Source: Candidatus Peribacteria bacterium
Lineage (GTDB): Bacteria > Patescibacteriota > Gracilibacteria > Peribacterales > Peribacteraceae
Direction: 5' to 3'
NCBI GenBank assembly: GCA_903854455.1
Contig: CAINWJ010000159.1
Span: 1 to 44,661 of the forward strand
Length of the DNA: 44,661 nucleotides
Shown: positions 9,197-17,568 of the stretch, in pieces
Position numbering within the stretch: the stretch's first letter is position 1
How the letters are laid out: every line of letters begins with the position of its first letter
Made by a program: the position numbers and the translations under genes
Notes under the pieces: generated by a model
The model's database searches: none
Seen by the model: only the letters and a program-made list of their open reading frames with translations
Told to the model about the DNA's origin: nothing

Positions 9197-10470
9197 TTGA
9201 ACGGCGACTCATATACCGCCTTCGCACCAAGCTCTTCTTCGATCCTGAGGAGCTGGTTGTACTTGCAGACACGATCCGTGCGGCTGGTGGCGCCGGTCTT
9301 GATCTGACCGGTCCCGAGACCGACGACCAAATCCGCAATGGACGTATCCTCCGTCTCGCCTGAGCGATGAGACACCACAGCGGTCCATCCTGCTGCGCGC
9401 GCCATGTCCACGGCATCCACCGTCTCGGTCACGGTGCCGATCTGGTTTAGTTTGATAAGGATGGAGTTGGCTGACTTCTCTTTGATCCCGCGCTTGAGCC
9501 TCTCCACGTTCGTGACAAACAGGTCGTCACCAACGATCTGGATCTTCTTCCCAAGACGCTTCTGCAGGAGATTCCAGCCTTCCCAATCATCTTCCGCCAG
9601 TCCATCCTCGATGGACACGAGTGGGTACTTCTTCGTCCACTCTTCGTAGAAATCAACCAGACCTGCGCTCGGAAGCTTCTTCCCCTCACGACTCAAATTG
9701 TACGTTCCTCCATCGAAGAGTTCGCTGGCTGCACCGTCGATGGCGATGCCGACATCCTTCCCCGGCTTGTAGCCGGCAAGCTCAATGCCAGCGAGGATGA
9801 CTTCAATGACTTTGGAGTTGCTCTCAAGACTCGGGCCGTACGCACCCTCAAAACCGACGTTGATGTTGAAACCCTCCTTCTTCAGAACCTTCGCAATGGC
9901 CTGATAGATCTCTGCGCCCCAGCGCAATCCCTCCGTAAACGTCGGCGCACCGATGGGCATTACCATGAACTCCTGGAAGTCAGAGCTGTCATCCGCGTGC
10001 TTGCCTCCCTCCAGCACCAGCACCATTGGCACCGGCAATTTTAGAGACCGCTTGTCCGACGACAGATCGTGGAAGTACAGATATAGGGGTTGCTTGCGGC
10101 TTGCCGCAACGGCGTGCGAGAACGCGAGCGACACGCCCAGCGTCGCATTCGCACCGAGCTTGCTTTTGTTCGGGGTACCATCGAGTGCGACAAGAGCCAT
10201 ATCCAGCGATCGCTGGTCAAACTCCTTTCCTTTCACAGCTTTGAGAATCAATGTATTGACGTTGCTCACCGCCTTCAGCGTCCCCTTCCCGCCGAAGCGC
10301 ATCTTGTCGCTGTCACGAAGTTCCGTTGCCTCATACTTTCCAGTCGATGCCCCGGAAGGAACCGCTGCTCTGCCGAATGAACCGTCGGAGAGCGTGCAGT
10401 CGACCTCGACGGTCGGTGTACCGCGGGAATCGAGGATCTGGCGGGCATGGAGGGAGGAGATGGAGGTCAT
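9193..10470 (-). CDS. eno: Enolase (phosphopyruvate hydratase)
   Basis: [13 protein letters not shown] near the N-terminus and the [10 protein letters not shown] signature are present. It is 425 aa and full length. Confidence 0.97.
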   Translation of the reverse strand: MTSISSLHARQILDSRGTPTVEVDCTLSDGSFGRAAVPSGASTGKYEATELRDSDKMRFGGKGTLKAVSNVNTLILKAVKGKEFDQRSLDMALVALDGTPNKSKLGANATLGVSLAFSHAVAASRKQPLYLYFHDLSSDKRSLKLPVPMVLVLEGGKHADDSSDFQEFMVMPIGAPTFTEGLRWGAEIYQAIAKVLKKEGFNINVGFEGAYGPSLESNSKVIEVILAGIELAGYKPGKDVGIAIDGAASELFDGGTYNLSREGKKLPSAGLVDFYEEWTKKYPLVSIEDGLAEDDWEGWNLLQKRLGKKIQIVGDDLFVTNVERLKRGIKEKSANSILIKLNQIGTVTETVDAVDMARAAGWTAVVSHRSGETEDTSIADLVVGLGTGQIKTGATSRTDRVCKYNQLLRIEEELGAKAVYESPFK

Positions 10471-10478
10471 GAGGAATT

Positions 10479-10572
10479 GAGAATGTAAAATGTAGAATGT
10501 AGAATTATTGATTCACCGCAAGAGTAAGCGATGTACCGTCATTCTACATTTTACATTCTACATTTTACATTC
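10479..10572. repeat. Low-complexity inverted repeat, GAATGTA/AAATGTA family (ORF-less copy)
   Basis: G-arm 10479-10505 (gagaatgtaaaatgtagaatgtagaat). C-arm 10541-10572 (attctacattttacattctacattttacattc). The first 21 nt from the gaatgta start of the G-arm match the reverse complement of the C-arm exactly. The loop is 35 nt. Confidence 0.9.
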
Positions 10573-10594
10573 GCTCTTGTCTTGCTATTTTTTT

Positions 10595-11413
10595 CTATGT
10601 CCGTCGGCGTGCACGATTATGCAGTACTGCTGCGTACAAACCCATCAAACCGACGGCAAGGAGAATGAAGTCCTCCGGTCCGGAACGCACCAGACGACGC
10701 GGGCGGCGCTGAAGAATCGCCGGAGCCAGGGAAGAAGCGGTGGACGATTGTGAAGAAGCGGAAGTAACCAAAGGCTTCAGGGGATCCGTACGATTCGAGT
10801 TAATCCGGGGACGCTCAGCCTGCCCATCAACTAATGAACGCATGGCAGTAAAAAAATTCCCGACAACGTGCCTTGCCCCGCTGGGAGGGAATAATGCCGC
10901 AGACAACTTCTGATGCAATCCCATGGCTTCCGTAGAGATGCTTCCGGCAATGAACACCGCTGCAACGATCGAAAGCAAACTGAGCCTGAGCGTGCGACGA
11001 CGGATCACGTGGAAAGCGAACAATCCGAGGAGGATAAGACCAAGAAGTGACAGGGGCAAAGACCAGAGAACGAAGAACCCGAGGAACAGGATATGGAAGG
11101 CACTTCCACGGGGATCGAAGATGGCGAGAACCAGCCAGAGGCAGAGCATGAAGAACGGATACCAGTGAAGCAGACGGAACTCGTAATCAGCACGGTTCTG
11201 ACGGAACTTCCTGTAGAGGCTAAGCGGATACAGAGCGGCAAGAACTGCCAGCAGCGACCAGTACTTCATGCTCTCCGGAAACGGTGGCAGGAGCGCGATG
11301 AGCGCACCAGTCAGACAGATAATTATGCCGAGGAGCAGCATGTACGCCGACTCTGTACGGTGTTTCAGGGGCACAGGAACGGTGATTTTCCTTGGATTGG
11401 AGGGGTATGTCAA
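10595..11413 (-). CDS. Multi-pass membrane protein, function unknown (272 aa)
   Basis: It has several hydrophobic helices, a Ser/Thr-rich linker and a final C-terminal helix. No family was recognised. Confidence 0.6.
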   Translation of the reverse strand: MTYPSNPRKITVPVPLKHRTESAYMLLLGIIICLTGALIALLPPFPESMKYWSLLAVLAALYPLSLYRKFRQNRADYEFRLLHWYPFFMLCLWLVLAIFDPRGSAFHILFLGFFVLWSLPLSLLGLILLGLFAFHVIRRRTLRLSLLSIVAAVFIAGSISTEAMGLHQKLSAALFPPSGARHVVGNFFTAMRSLVDGQAERPRINSNRTDPLKPLVTSASSQSSTASSLAPAILQRRPRRLVRSGPEDFILLAVGLMGLYAAVLHNRARRRT

Positions 11414-11431
11414 TAGAAGTAGACATACGGA

Positions 11432-11510
11432 CGAATAGGCGTATAGGCGTTAAGCGAATAGACGAGTGGGGGAAGACTCGCTTACACGCTTAACGCTTAC
11501 ACGCTTAACG
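11432..11510. repeat. Low-complexity inverted repeat, GGCGTATA/GCGTTAAG family
   Basis: Arms are 11432-11466 and 11477-11510 with a 10-nt loop (tgggggaaga). Hand pairing gives about 24 Watson-Crick pairs, 3 G.T, 4 A.C and 2 A.A. Confidence 0.8.
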
Positions 11511-11515
11511 ATCCA

Positions 11516-11920
11516 TCATTTTTTTCGCTTCGGCAAATACTTCTCCCGCTCATCCACCACACGCTGGCTCTGCAAAACGGTGTAGTGCCTCCGTCTGAAC
11601 GACAGGATCTGGATGAAGAGGTATAACCCGAGCAGCAATCCCCAGACGACCCAGAGAATGCGCATGGACATAAACTGGATCGTCGCCTCACGGCTGACAA
11701 CCAACACCGCACCGACGATGCCAAACCAGAACGCAGCCGAGGGCCAGGACTTGGAGAGAATTTTGGTCATCGGGTTGGATGTCCGTGAACGGAGATAGGC
11801 GATGACAAACGATCCGACGACGAAGAGGAGACAAATTCCGAGAATCAACCTGACGTGGGCATCCGCATAGTGCCATCCTCCGGGATTGGGCCAGAACCAG
11901 TAGACGATGAGAGATTTCAT
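11516..11920 (-). CDS. Small membrane protein, function unknown (134 aa)
   Basis: It has three or four hydrophobic helices and a basic C-terminal tail (EKYLPKRKK). Confidence 0.6.
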   Translation of the reverse strand: MKSLIVYWFWPNPGGWHYADAHVRLILGICLLFVVGSFVIAYLRSRTSNPMTKILSKSWPSAAFWFGIVGAVLVVSREATIQFMSMRILWVVWGLLLGLYLFIQILSFRRRHYTVLQSQRVVDEREKYLPKRKK

Positions 11921-11949
11921 AGGAAGAGGAGAAGAAGATCGAATCGATT

Positions 11950-12041
11950 AGGTAAGGTATGTAAGATAAGTAAGGTACGTACAGCAGGGAAATTCTTCAG
12001 GCACCTACCTTACCTGCCTTACCTTCTTTACCTGCCTTACC
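11950..12041. repeat. Low-complexity inverted repeat, GGTAAGGTA family (locus A)
   Basis: G-arm 11950-11982 and C-arm 12002-12041. The C-arm is read as the last 15 codons (GKAGKEGKAGKVGA) of ORF 11997..12365. Confidence 0.85.
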
Positions 12042-12365
12042 GTTCTTCAATTCCTTTTTCGTCCCCTGCAATTTCGATAGTAAATCCGCCACCTGTCTCT
12101 CCAGTCCGCGCTGGGCAAGTGTGCGTGAGGGACGGATCAGAAGATAAATCAGAAAACCGATCACCGGAAGAACGGCAACGAGCAGAATGCACAGCGTCTG
12201 GTAGATGAAGGAATTGGTTCTGAGGATGATGTCCCGTGTCGCGAAGAGAACCAGGAAAATGATGATGCAGGCAGCCAGGATCATCGAGAGCTGCATGAAG
12301 AACACGGGCGAATCAGCGGAGAAAATCGTTGAAACGTCCGGGAAAATGGAGAGGAGCTGCGACAC
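11997..12365 (-). CDS. Small membrane protein, PLD-nuclease-N-terminal (PLDc_N)-like
   Basis: It has two hydrophobic helices, and the second ends in LPVIGFLIYLLIRP, which is typical of PLDc_N-type small membrane proteins. The C-terminal 15 residues are encoded by the repeat arm. Confidence 0.55.
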   Translation of the reverse strand: MSQLLSIFPDVSTIFSADSPVFFMQLSMILAACIIIFLVLFATRDIILRTNSFIYQTLCILLVAVLPVIGFLIYLLIRPSRTLAQRGLERQVADLLSKLQGTKKELKNGKAGKEGKAGKVGA

Positions 12366-12384
12366 AGGAACAGGGGGAAATGAA

Positions 12385-13308
12385 CTACAGATGGGGATAT
12401 TTCCATCGATGGACTACAACGTATACGACCGCCGCGACCAAGGCAAGAACCGCCAGCACCTGGCTGAATCTGAGCTGATACTGCGGAAAATCGATCCACG
12501 AACGACTCAGAACGTATGCGATGGTGAGCACGCCAATGGCAGCTCCGTAGATCGCGTTGACACGAGGGGTCAGACGCTCTTCCAATACCGCAAGTCCTCC
12601 CAGGCTTGCGATCAAGCAGGCGAGGAAGAGGAAATCCGGCAGTTTGGCGAAGACCGGAATACCCATATCTCCGCGGAAGAATTCGAAGATGAACACGGCG
12701 ACCGATGCGGCGATAATTCCGACAAGAGTTTCAGCGCCGGCACGCTTGGAATGCCTGCGAATGACGAGCAGTGCAAATGTCAGGACGAGGTAGAACAGCG
12801 CGTAGTAGATCTGTACCGGATGGATGGGCACGGTGTACCGGACATCGTAGGTATTGAGCGTCACACCCCAGAATACATTGGTCGGCTTGCCGTATGCCTG
12901 AGCGGACAGGAACATCCCGAACCAGTCGAACAGAAGACCGAAGGTCGTCGCCGGGAGCAGGACATCCATCCACTGCAAGAACGTCGTGCGCTGATTGCGC
13001 GTCGTGAAGAAGATGACGACACCGATCCCCAGTGCCGCACCGATGAAACTGAACCCACCGTCACGAATATCGACGATGCGGAGAGGATGCGAAACATAGA
13101 GCGGATAGTTGGCGACCACCGCCAGCAGACGCCCTCCGATCAAGAATGCCAACGCATGAACCCAGGCAAAATCCTGCAGACTCTGGAGACTCAAGCCGGC
13201 TGACTTGGACAACCGGAAGAAGAACTCCGCCGACATCAGAAGCGCGATCATCAGGAACACCACGCGCATCCAGATGATCATGGGGCCGATCTCAAAAGCC
13301 TCAAACAT
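12385..13308 (-). CDS. lgt: Prolipoprotein diacylglyceryl transferase
   Basis: It is polytopic with the Lgt-like motifs GGRL, FFRGD and HPVQIYY. At 307 aa it is somewhat longer than typical. Confidence 0.82.
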   Translation of the reverse strand: MFEAFEIGPMIIWMRVVFLMIALLMSAEFFFRLSKSAGLSLQSLQDFAWVHALAFLIGGRLLAVVANYPLYVSHPLRIVDIRDGGFSFIGAALGIGVVIFFTTRNQRTTFLQWMDVLLPATTFGLLFDWFGMFLSAQAYGKPTNVFWGVTLNTYDVRYTVPIHPVQIYYALFYLVLTFALLVIRRHSKRAGAETLVGIIAASVAVFIFEFFRGDMGIPVFAKLPDFLFLACLIASLGGLAVLEERLTPRVNAIYGAAIGVLTIAYVLSRSWIDFPQYQLRFSQVLAVLALVAAVVYVVVHRWKYPHL

Positions 13309-13331
13309 TGATGAGAGAATAGCATGTGAAT

Positions 13332-13423
13332 GGCAGGTAAGGTAGGTAAGGAAAGTAAGGTACGTAAAGCACGTGTTTTCACCTACCTTACATACCTTAC
13401 GTGCAATACCTACCTTACTTTCC
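13332..13423. repeat. Low-complexity inverted repeat, GGTAAGGTA family (locus B)
   Basis: G-arm from 13332 (ggcaggtaaggtaggtaaggaaagtaaggtacgtaaag). C-arm 13380-13423 (cacctaccttacataccttacgtgcaatacctaccttactttcc). Confidence 0.88.
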
Positions 13424-13447
13424 GATTCCGGCTTCCAAATTTGCTAT

Positions 13448-13693
13448 TCAGGAAGGATTGGAAACTTCCCGGCCACGATTCAACGCTTGAAATAATTTTT
13501 TCAATGCGTCTGCACCACCACCAGCTAACGTTCGCTCTATAGGTGTCATTTCCCGATGTTCTGCAGAACCTGAACCAGTCGCATAATCATGACTTTCAAC
13601 TATCACCACACCGTCACCTAAGTCATGCATTACTGGTCCAACCTTGGCAAAAGGCAAACCACTAACATTCGAAGAAACAGAACCATTACTCAT
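13448..13693 (-). CDS. Small hypothetical protein (81 aa) translationally coupled to thrS
   Basis: Its ATG overlaps the thrS TGA in the sequence ATGA (13690-13693). No family was recognised. Confidence 0.45.
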   Translation of the reverse strand: MSNGSVSSNVSGLPFAKVGPVMHDLGDGVVIVESHDYATGSGSAEHREMTPIERTLAGGGADALKKLFQALNRGREVSNPS

Positions 13694-15498
13694 ACACCGA
13701 TAGTACTATGCAACAATCGCTTGTCAATATCTGTGATCACACTATCGATGAATGCATCCCGTGCTACCCCCACCTGCTTCTTCGTCTTCACATTGCGTAC
13801 GGTCACCGTCTTCTCCGCAATTTCACGATCACCGAGCACAACCAAGTAAGGAACCTTCATCATCTCACCGTCGCGGATGCGCTTGCCGAGGGAATCAGAT
13901 GACGGAAGAACCTCGACTCTCACTCCCCTCTTCTTGAGATCTGCTGCAAGCGTGGCAGCGGCTTCCTCATGCGGTGCGGCGACCGGAAGAATATTCACCT
14001 GGACAGGGGCAAGCCACAGCGGGAAGAGCCCTGCAAAGTGCTCGATCAGGAATCCAACGAGACGCTCGTGCGTGGAGAGAGGTGCGCGGTGAATGCACAG
14101 CGGCACCTTCTCAACACCATCCTTATCAATGTACTTGAGTCCGACCTTGCCCGGCACATCGAAGTCGACCTGATTGGTGGCCAGAGTAAATTCCCGTCCG
14201 ATGGCACTCCAGATCTGCACGTCGATTTTGGGACCGTAAAACGCCGCCTCGTCCGGCACCTCCACGTAATTGACGTTCTTCTTCTGCATTGCCTTGCGCA
14301 CCATCTCCTCGGTCTTGACCCACAATTTGGGTTCGTTCACGTACTTCTTCCCCAGTTCCTTGGGATCGTGGAGCGAAAGACGCATGACGTACTTGCCAAT
14401 ATCGAAGATCCGGAAATACTCAATGTACAGATCGATGACCGCGTTGAACTCCTGCTCGAACTGCTCCTCGGTCAAATAGATGTGCGCATCGTTCATGCAG
14501 AGCGAGCGAACCCGCATCAGACCGAAGAGCGCACCGGAATCCTCGTAACGATAACAATGGCCATACTCCGCCAGACGCATGGGGAGATCACGATAACTTC
14601 TGGCACTGCTCGCGAAGATCTGGTGGTGGTGCGGACAGTTCATGGGCTTCAGGTAATACTCCTCCTCTCCATCCAGCTTCATGGGCGGGAACATCGATGT
14701 TTTATAATGTGCCAAATGCCCTGTCTGAGCGTAGAGCTTGCCCTTGGCGATATGCGGTGTGCGGACTCTCAAATACCCACCCTTCTCCTCCATCTCTTTT
14801 CCAAGTGCCTCGATCTGGTCAACGATGATCGTCCCACGCGGCGTCCAGAGCGGCAGACCCGGACCCACCATGTCGGAGAATGCGAAGAGATCCAATTCCT
14901 TGCCGAGCTTCCGGTGATCGCGCTTCTTCGCTTCTTCCACCATTTTCAAGTGCGCATCCAATTCCGCCTTCGACGCAAAGGCTGCGACATAGATTCTGGT
15001 GAGCTGCTCACGTTTCTCATCTCCGCGCCAGTACGCACCGGCGAGAGTGGTCACCTTGAAACAATCAGCCGGAATGTCTTTCGTCGTCTCGACGTGCCCG
15101 CCCCGGCAGAGATCGACGAATGTGTTGTCACCCTTGGGGCCAATGTTCGTGTAATGCGTCACCGTCTTCACCTTCTCGTTCTTCTCCAGATCTTCGATCA
15201 GCTCGACCTTGAACTTCTGCTTCAGTTTGCGCCAGAACTTCTTCGCATCGGCGACCTTGAGCTCGTCGCACCGGAACGTCTGACCCTGGTAGATGATCTT
15301 CTTCATCTCCTTCTCGATCTTCGGCAGATCGCTGTCGGTAATAGGCTCAGCGAAGAGGAAGTCGTAGTAGCAACCGGTATCGATCGGCGGTCCGATGGTC
15401 ACGAGCGTGCCAGGCCAGAGATTGGTCACAGCCTGTGCGAGAACGTGCGCCAGGGAATGGCGGAGATGGTGAAGAGAATCTTCAGAGGTGGTGGGCAT
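13690..15498 (-). CDS. thrS: Threonine--tRNA ligase (no N-terminal TGS domain)
   Basis: The editing-domain motif HSLAHVL sits at residues 14-20, whereas it is near residue 70 in E. coli ThrRS. Class II core and anticodon-binding regions are present. 602 aa. Confidence 0.95.
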   Translation of the reverse strand: MPTTSEDSLHHLRHSLAHVLAQAVTNLWPGTLVTIGPPIDTGCYYDFLFAEPITDSDLPKIEKEMKKIIYQGQTFRCDELKVADAKKFWRKLKQKFKVELIEDLEKNEKVKTVTHYTNIGPKGDNTFVDLCRGGHVETTKDIPADCFKVTTLAGAYWRGDEKREQLTRIYVAAFASKAELDAHLKMVEEAKKRDHRKLGKELDLFAFSDMVGPGLPLWTPRGTIIVDQIEALGKEMEEKGGYLRVRTPHIAKGKLYAQTGHLAHYKTSMFPPMKLDGEEEYYLKPMNCPHHHQIFASSARSYRDLPMRLAEYGHCYRYEDSGALFGLMRVRSLCMNDAHIYLTEEQFEQEFNAVIDLYIEYFRIFDIGKYVMRLSLHDPKELGKKYVNEPKLWVKTEEMVRKAMQKKNVNYVEVPDEAAFYGPKIDVQIWSAIGREFTLATNQVDFDVPGKVGLKYIDKDGVEKVPLCIHRAPLSTHERLVGFLIEHFAGLFPLWLAPVQVNILPVAAPHEEAAATLAADLKKRGVRVEVLPSSDSLGKRIRDGEMMKVPYLVVLGDREIAEKTVTVRNVKTKKQVGVARDAFIDSVITDIDKRLLHSTIGV

Positions 15499-15514
15499 GG
15501 TGAGAGAGTACAGG

Positions 15515-15953
15515 GGAGAATGTAGAATGTAGAATGTAAAATGTAGAATGATGGAATTAATTCTTCTTACTGGACTTGATGATCGCTGTCAGCAACCGGA
15601 TCAATTCATCGACATCCTTGAGTAATGAAGCGGCTTCTTTGAGCGTAAAATAACCTCCGTCGCGCAACAGGGAAATCCAGTAATCTGATTCGTGAGCCTC
15701 ATTCAACGCGATATTCAACTTCGAGATAAATTCCTTCTTGCTTTGCGCGTTCACTCCTTCACGAATATTGGCCCCAATGCCAGTCCCTGAACGCAAGAGC
15801 TGATTACTCAAAACAAATTCGTGTTTTATCTTCGTCAAATATTGATACGCCTTCACAATGCGGTGTGCAAAAGCGTAACTCTTGACCACAACAATATTTT
15901 CTTTGGCTGGTTTTTCCATAACGTTCATTCTACATTCTATATTTTACATTCTC
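15515..15953. repeat. GAATGTA/AAATGTA-family inverted repeat whose arms bracket the four-helix-bundle ORF
   Basis: G-arm 15515-15549 (gagaatgtagaatgtagaatgtaaaatgtagaatg). C-arm 15926-15953 (cattctacattctatattttacattctc). The 376-nt loop is essentially the ORF 15557..15928, and the ORF start codon lies inside the C-arm. Confidence 0.85.
15557..15928 (-). CDS. Four-helix-bundle protein (23S rRNA intervening-sequence protein / Avd-like family)
   Basis: Family-typical core: SNQLLRSGTGIGANIREG...SKKEFISKLNIALNEAHESDYWISLL. 123 aa. Confidence 0.85.
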   Translation of the reverse strand: MNVMEKPAKENIVVVKSYAFAHRIVKAYQYLTKIKHEFVLSNQLLRSGTGIGANIREGVNAQSKKEFISKLNIALNEAHESDYWISLLRDGGYFTLKEAASLLKDVDELIRLLTAIIKSSKKN

Positions 15954-15960
15954 AATTTCG

Positions 15961-17388
15961 TCAGGCGCTAATTCCCACCTCCTTCTCGATCGTCCTTACC
16001 TCACGCAGCAACTGACCGTCCTCCTTCATCTTGGTCTCAATCTTCTCCACCGCATTCATGACCGTCGTGTGATCCCGATTGGAGAAAGTGGCACCCAGGC
16101 GGACATAGCTCATGCGAACGTGCTTCTTGCCGATGTACATGGCGATCTGGCGTGGAATCAGGATTTCCCGGACGCGCGATTCGCCGAGCATATCCGGAAC
16201 GGAAACGGAGAAATACTTGCTCACCGTCTCCAGTACATCCTGGAACGCGATGGCTTTCTCCGGCTCCTTCTCGAAACCGACATCCTCCTGCTTCCCATCC
16301 ATGGAATCGCAGAGCTTGTTCATGATCTCGGTCATGGATGAGACGGTCGGTACACACTGCTCCAGCTCATACTGGGCAACCGCCTGCATGAGAATTCCCT
16401 CCAGCTGGCGGATGCTCTTCGTGGCGTGCTCGGCAACGTAGCGAAGCACCTTCTCATCCAAGAGCAAACCGTACTCCTGCGCCTTTTCCGCAAGAATGGC
16501 ATAGCGAGTTTCATAATCAGGCATGGTGACATCCGCAACCATCCCACGCTCGAAGCGTGACACCAGACGATCCTGCATGATGGTCAACTCTTTCGGCGGA
16601 CGGTCGGAACTGATGATGATCTGCTTCCGTTCCTCAGTCAGCGTATTGAACGTATGGAACAATTCTTCCTGTGTTCGCTCTTTGTTCGCCAAGAACTGGA
16701 TGTCATCGATGATCAGCACATCAACTTCACGGTAGCGGCGACGGAACTGCTCCATCTTGCTGTGCTGGATGGCCTCAATGACCTGATTCGTGAAGTCCTC
16801 AGATGTTGTGTAGAGCACCACGGCATGCGGCATCGTGCGCAGGATGGCATTACCGGTTGCCTGCAGAAGGTGCGTCTTGCCGAGACCGACGCCACCGTAG
16901 ATGAAGAGTGGATTGTACTTGCCGCCGGGATCGCCTGCGACGGCTGAGCACGCTGCATGAGCCAACCGATTGACCGGACCCACGACGTAGTTCTCAAGCG
17001 AGTAGCGGGGATTTAAGAGCTTGCTCGTGAGACCTTCTGCGATCCGAACCTCAGCTCTTCCCGGCAACTTCCGGCGCTTCTTGTCGGGGAAATGTTCGAG
17101 GAGACGGAGTGTGCGGGTCGTATCGTCCTTGAGTCCCCCATCGACCTGATACACCACCTGATCGATCGTCGGATCGACCTCCTTGAGCGCGGCAATTGTC
17201 ATCGTCCGGTAGTGCTCCAGATGCCAGTTTAGGAACATCGGGAGCGGCAATCCAATCACCACGTTATTGCCCTCACGACCCAGAATCGTCGTGTCCTTAA
17301 ACCACGTGATGAACTGCCCGCGAGCCATCTGCGGCTCGATGAGAGTCAGTACTTTCAGCCAGAGATCGAGGTCGGGGGCGGGGGTCAC
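15961..17388 (-). CDS. dnaA: Chromosomal replication initiator protein DnaA
   Basis: Walker A GGVGLGKTHLL, Walker B LIIDDIQFL and the C-terminal DNA-binding region with NRDHTTV are present. The track gives a GTG start, so the exact start is uncertain. Confidence 0.95.
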   Translation of the reverse strand: MTPAPDLDLWLKVLTLIEPQMARGQFITWFKDTTILGREGNNVVIGLPLPMFLNWHLEHYRTMTIAALKEVDPTIDQVVYQVDGGLKDDTTRTLRLLEHFPDKKRRKLPGRAEVRIAEGLTSKLLNPRYSLENYVVGPVNRLAHAACSAVAGDPGGKYNPLFIYGGVGLGKTHLLQATGNAILRTMPHAVVLYTTSEDFTNQVIEAIQHSKMEQFRRRYREVDVLIIDDIQFLANKERTQEELFHTFNTLTEERKQIIISSDRPPKELTIMQDRLVSRFERGMVADVTMPDYETRYAILAEKAQEYGLLLDEKVLRYVAEHATKSIRQLEGILMQAVAQYELEQCVPTVSSMTEIMNKLCDSMDGKQEDVGFEKEPEKAIAFQDVLETVSKYFSVSVPDMLGESRVREILIPRQIAMYIGKKHVRMSYVRLGATFSNRDHTTVMNAVEKIETKMKEDGQLLREVRTIEKEVGISA

Positions 17389-17394
17389 GAGACG

Positions 17395-17568
17395 AGGTAA
17401 GGTAAGTAATGTAGGTAAAGGTAGGTAAGGTAGGTGAGATGTAAAAAGAATTATCGAGGATTGATGCTGCTAAGAGAGTGAAAGAAAGACAATAACCGAG
17501 AACTTTGATTGAAGGATTGTGAATGCACGTACCTTACTTACCTTACGTGCCTTACCTACCTTACCTAG
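17395..17568. repeat. Low-complexity inverted repeat, GGTAAGGTA family (locus C)
   Basis: G-arm 17395-17444 and C-arm 17526-17568, with a loop of about 81 nt. The rseP stop (17565-17567) lies in the C-arm, and the dnaA start is 7 nt from the G-arm. Confidence 0.88.

Noticed and set aside
13969-15525. 518-aa ORF on the plus strand
   Set aside because: It is entirely antisense to thrS, which has clear family motifs. Its translation is Leu/Arg/His-rich low complexity typical of shadow ORFs.
17389-17564. oriC directly upstream of dnaA
   Set aside because: The spacer is mostly one GGTAAGGTA hairpin, and I found no 8/9 or better DnaA boxes in it. Only the pair at 18706-18731 is convincing.
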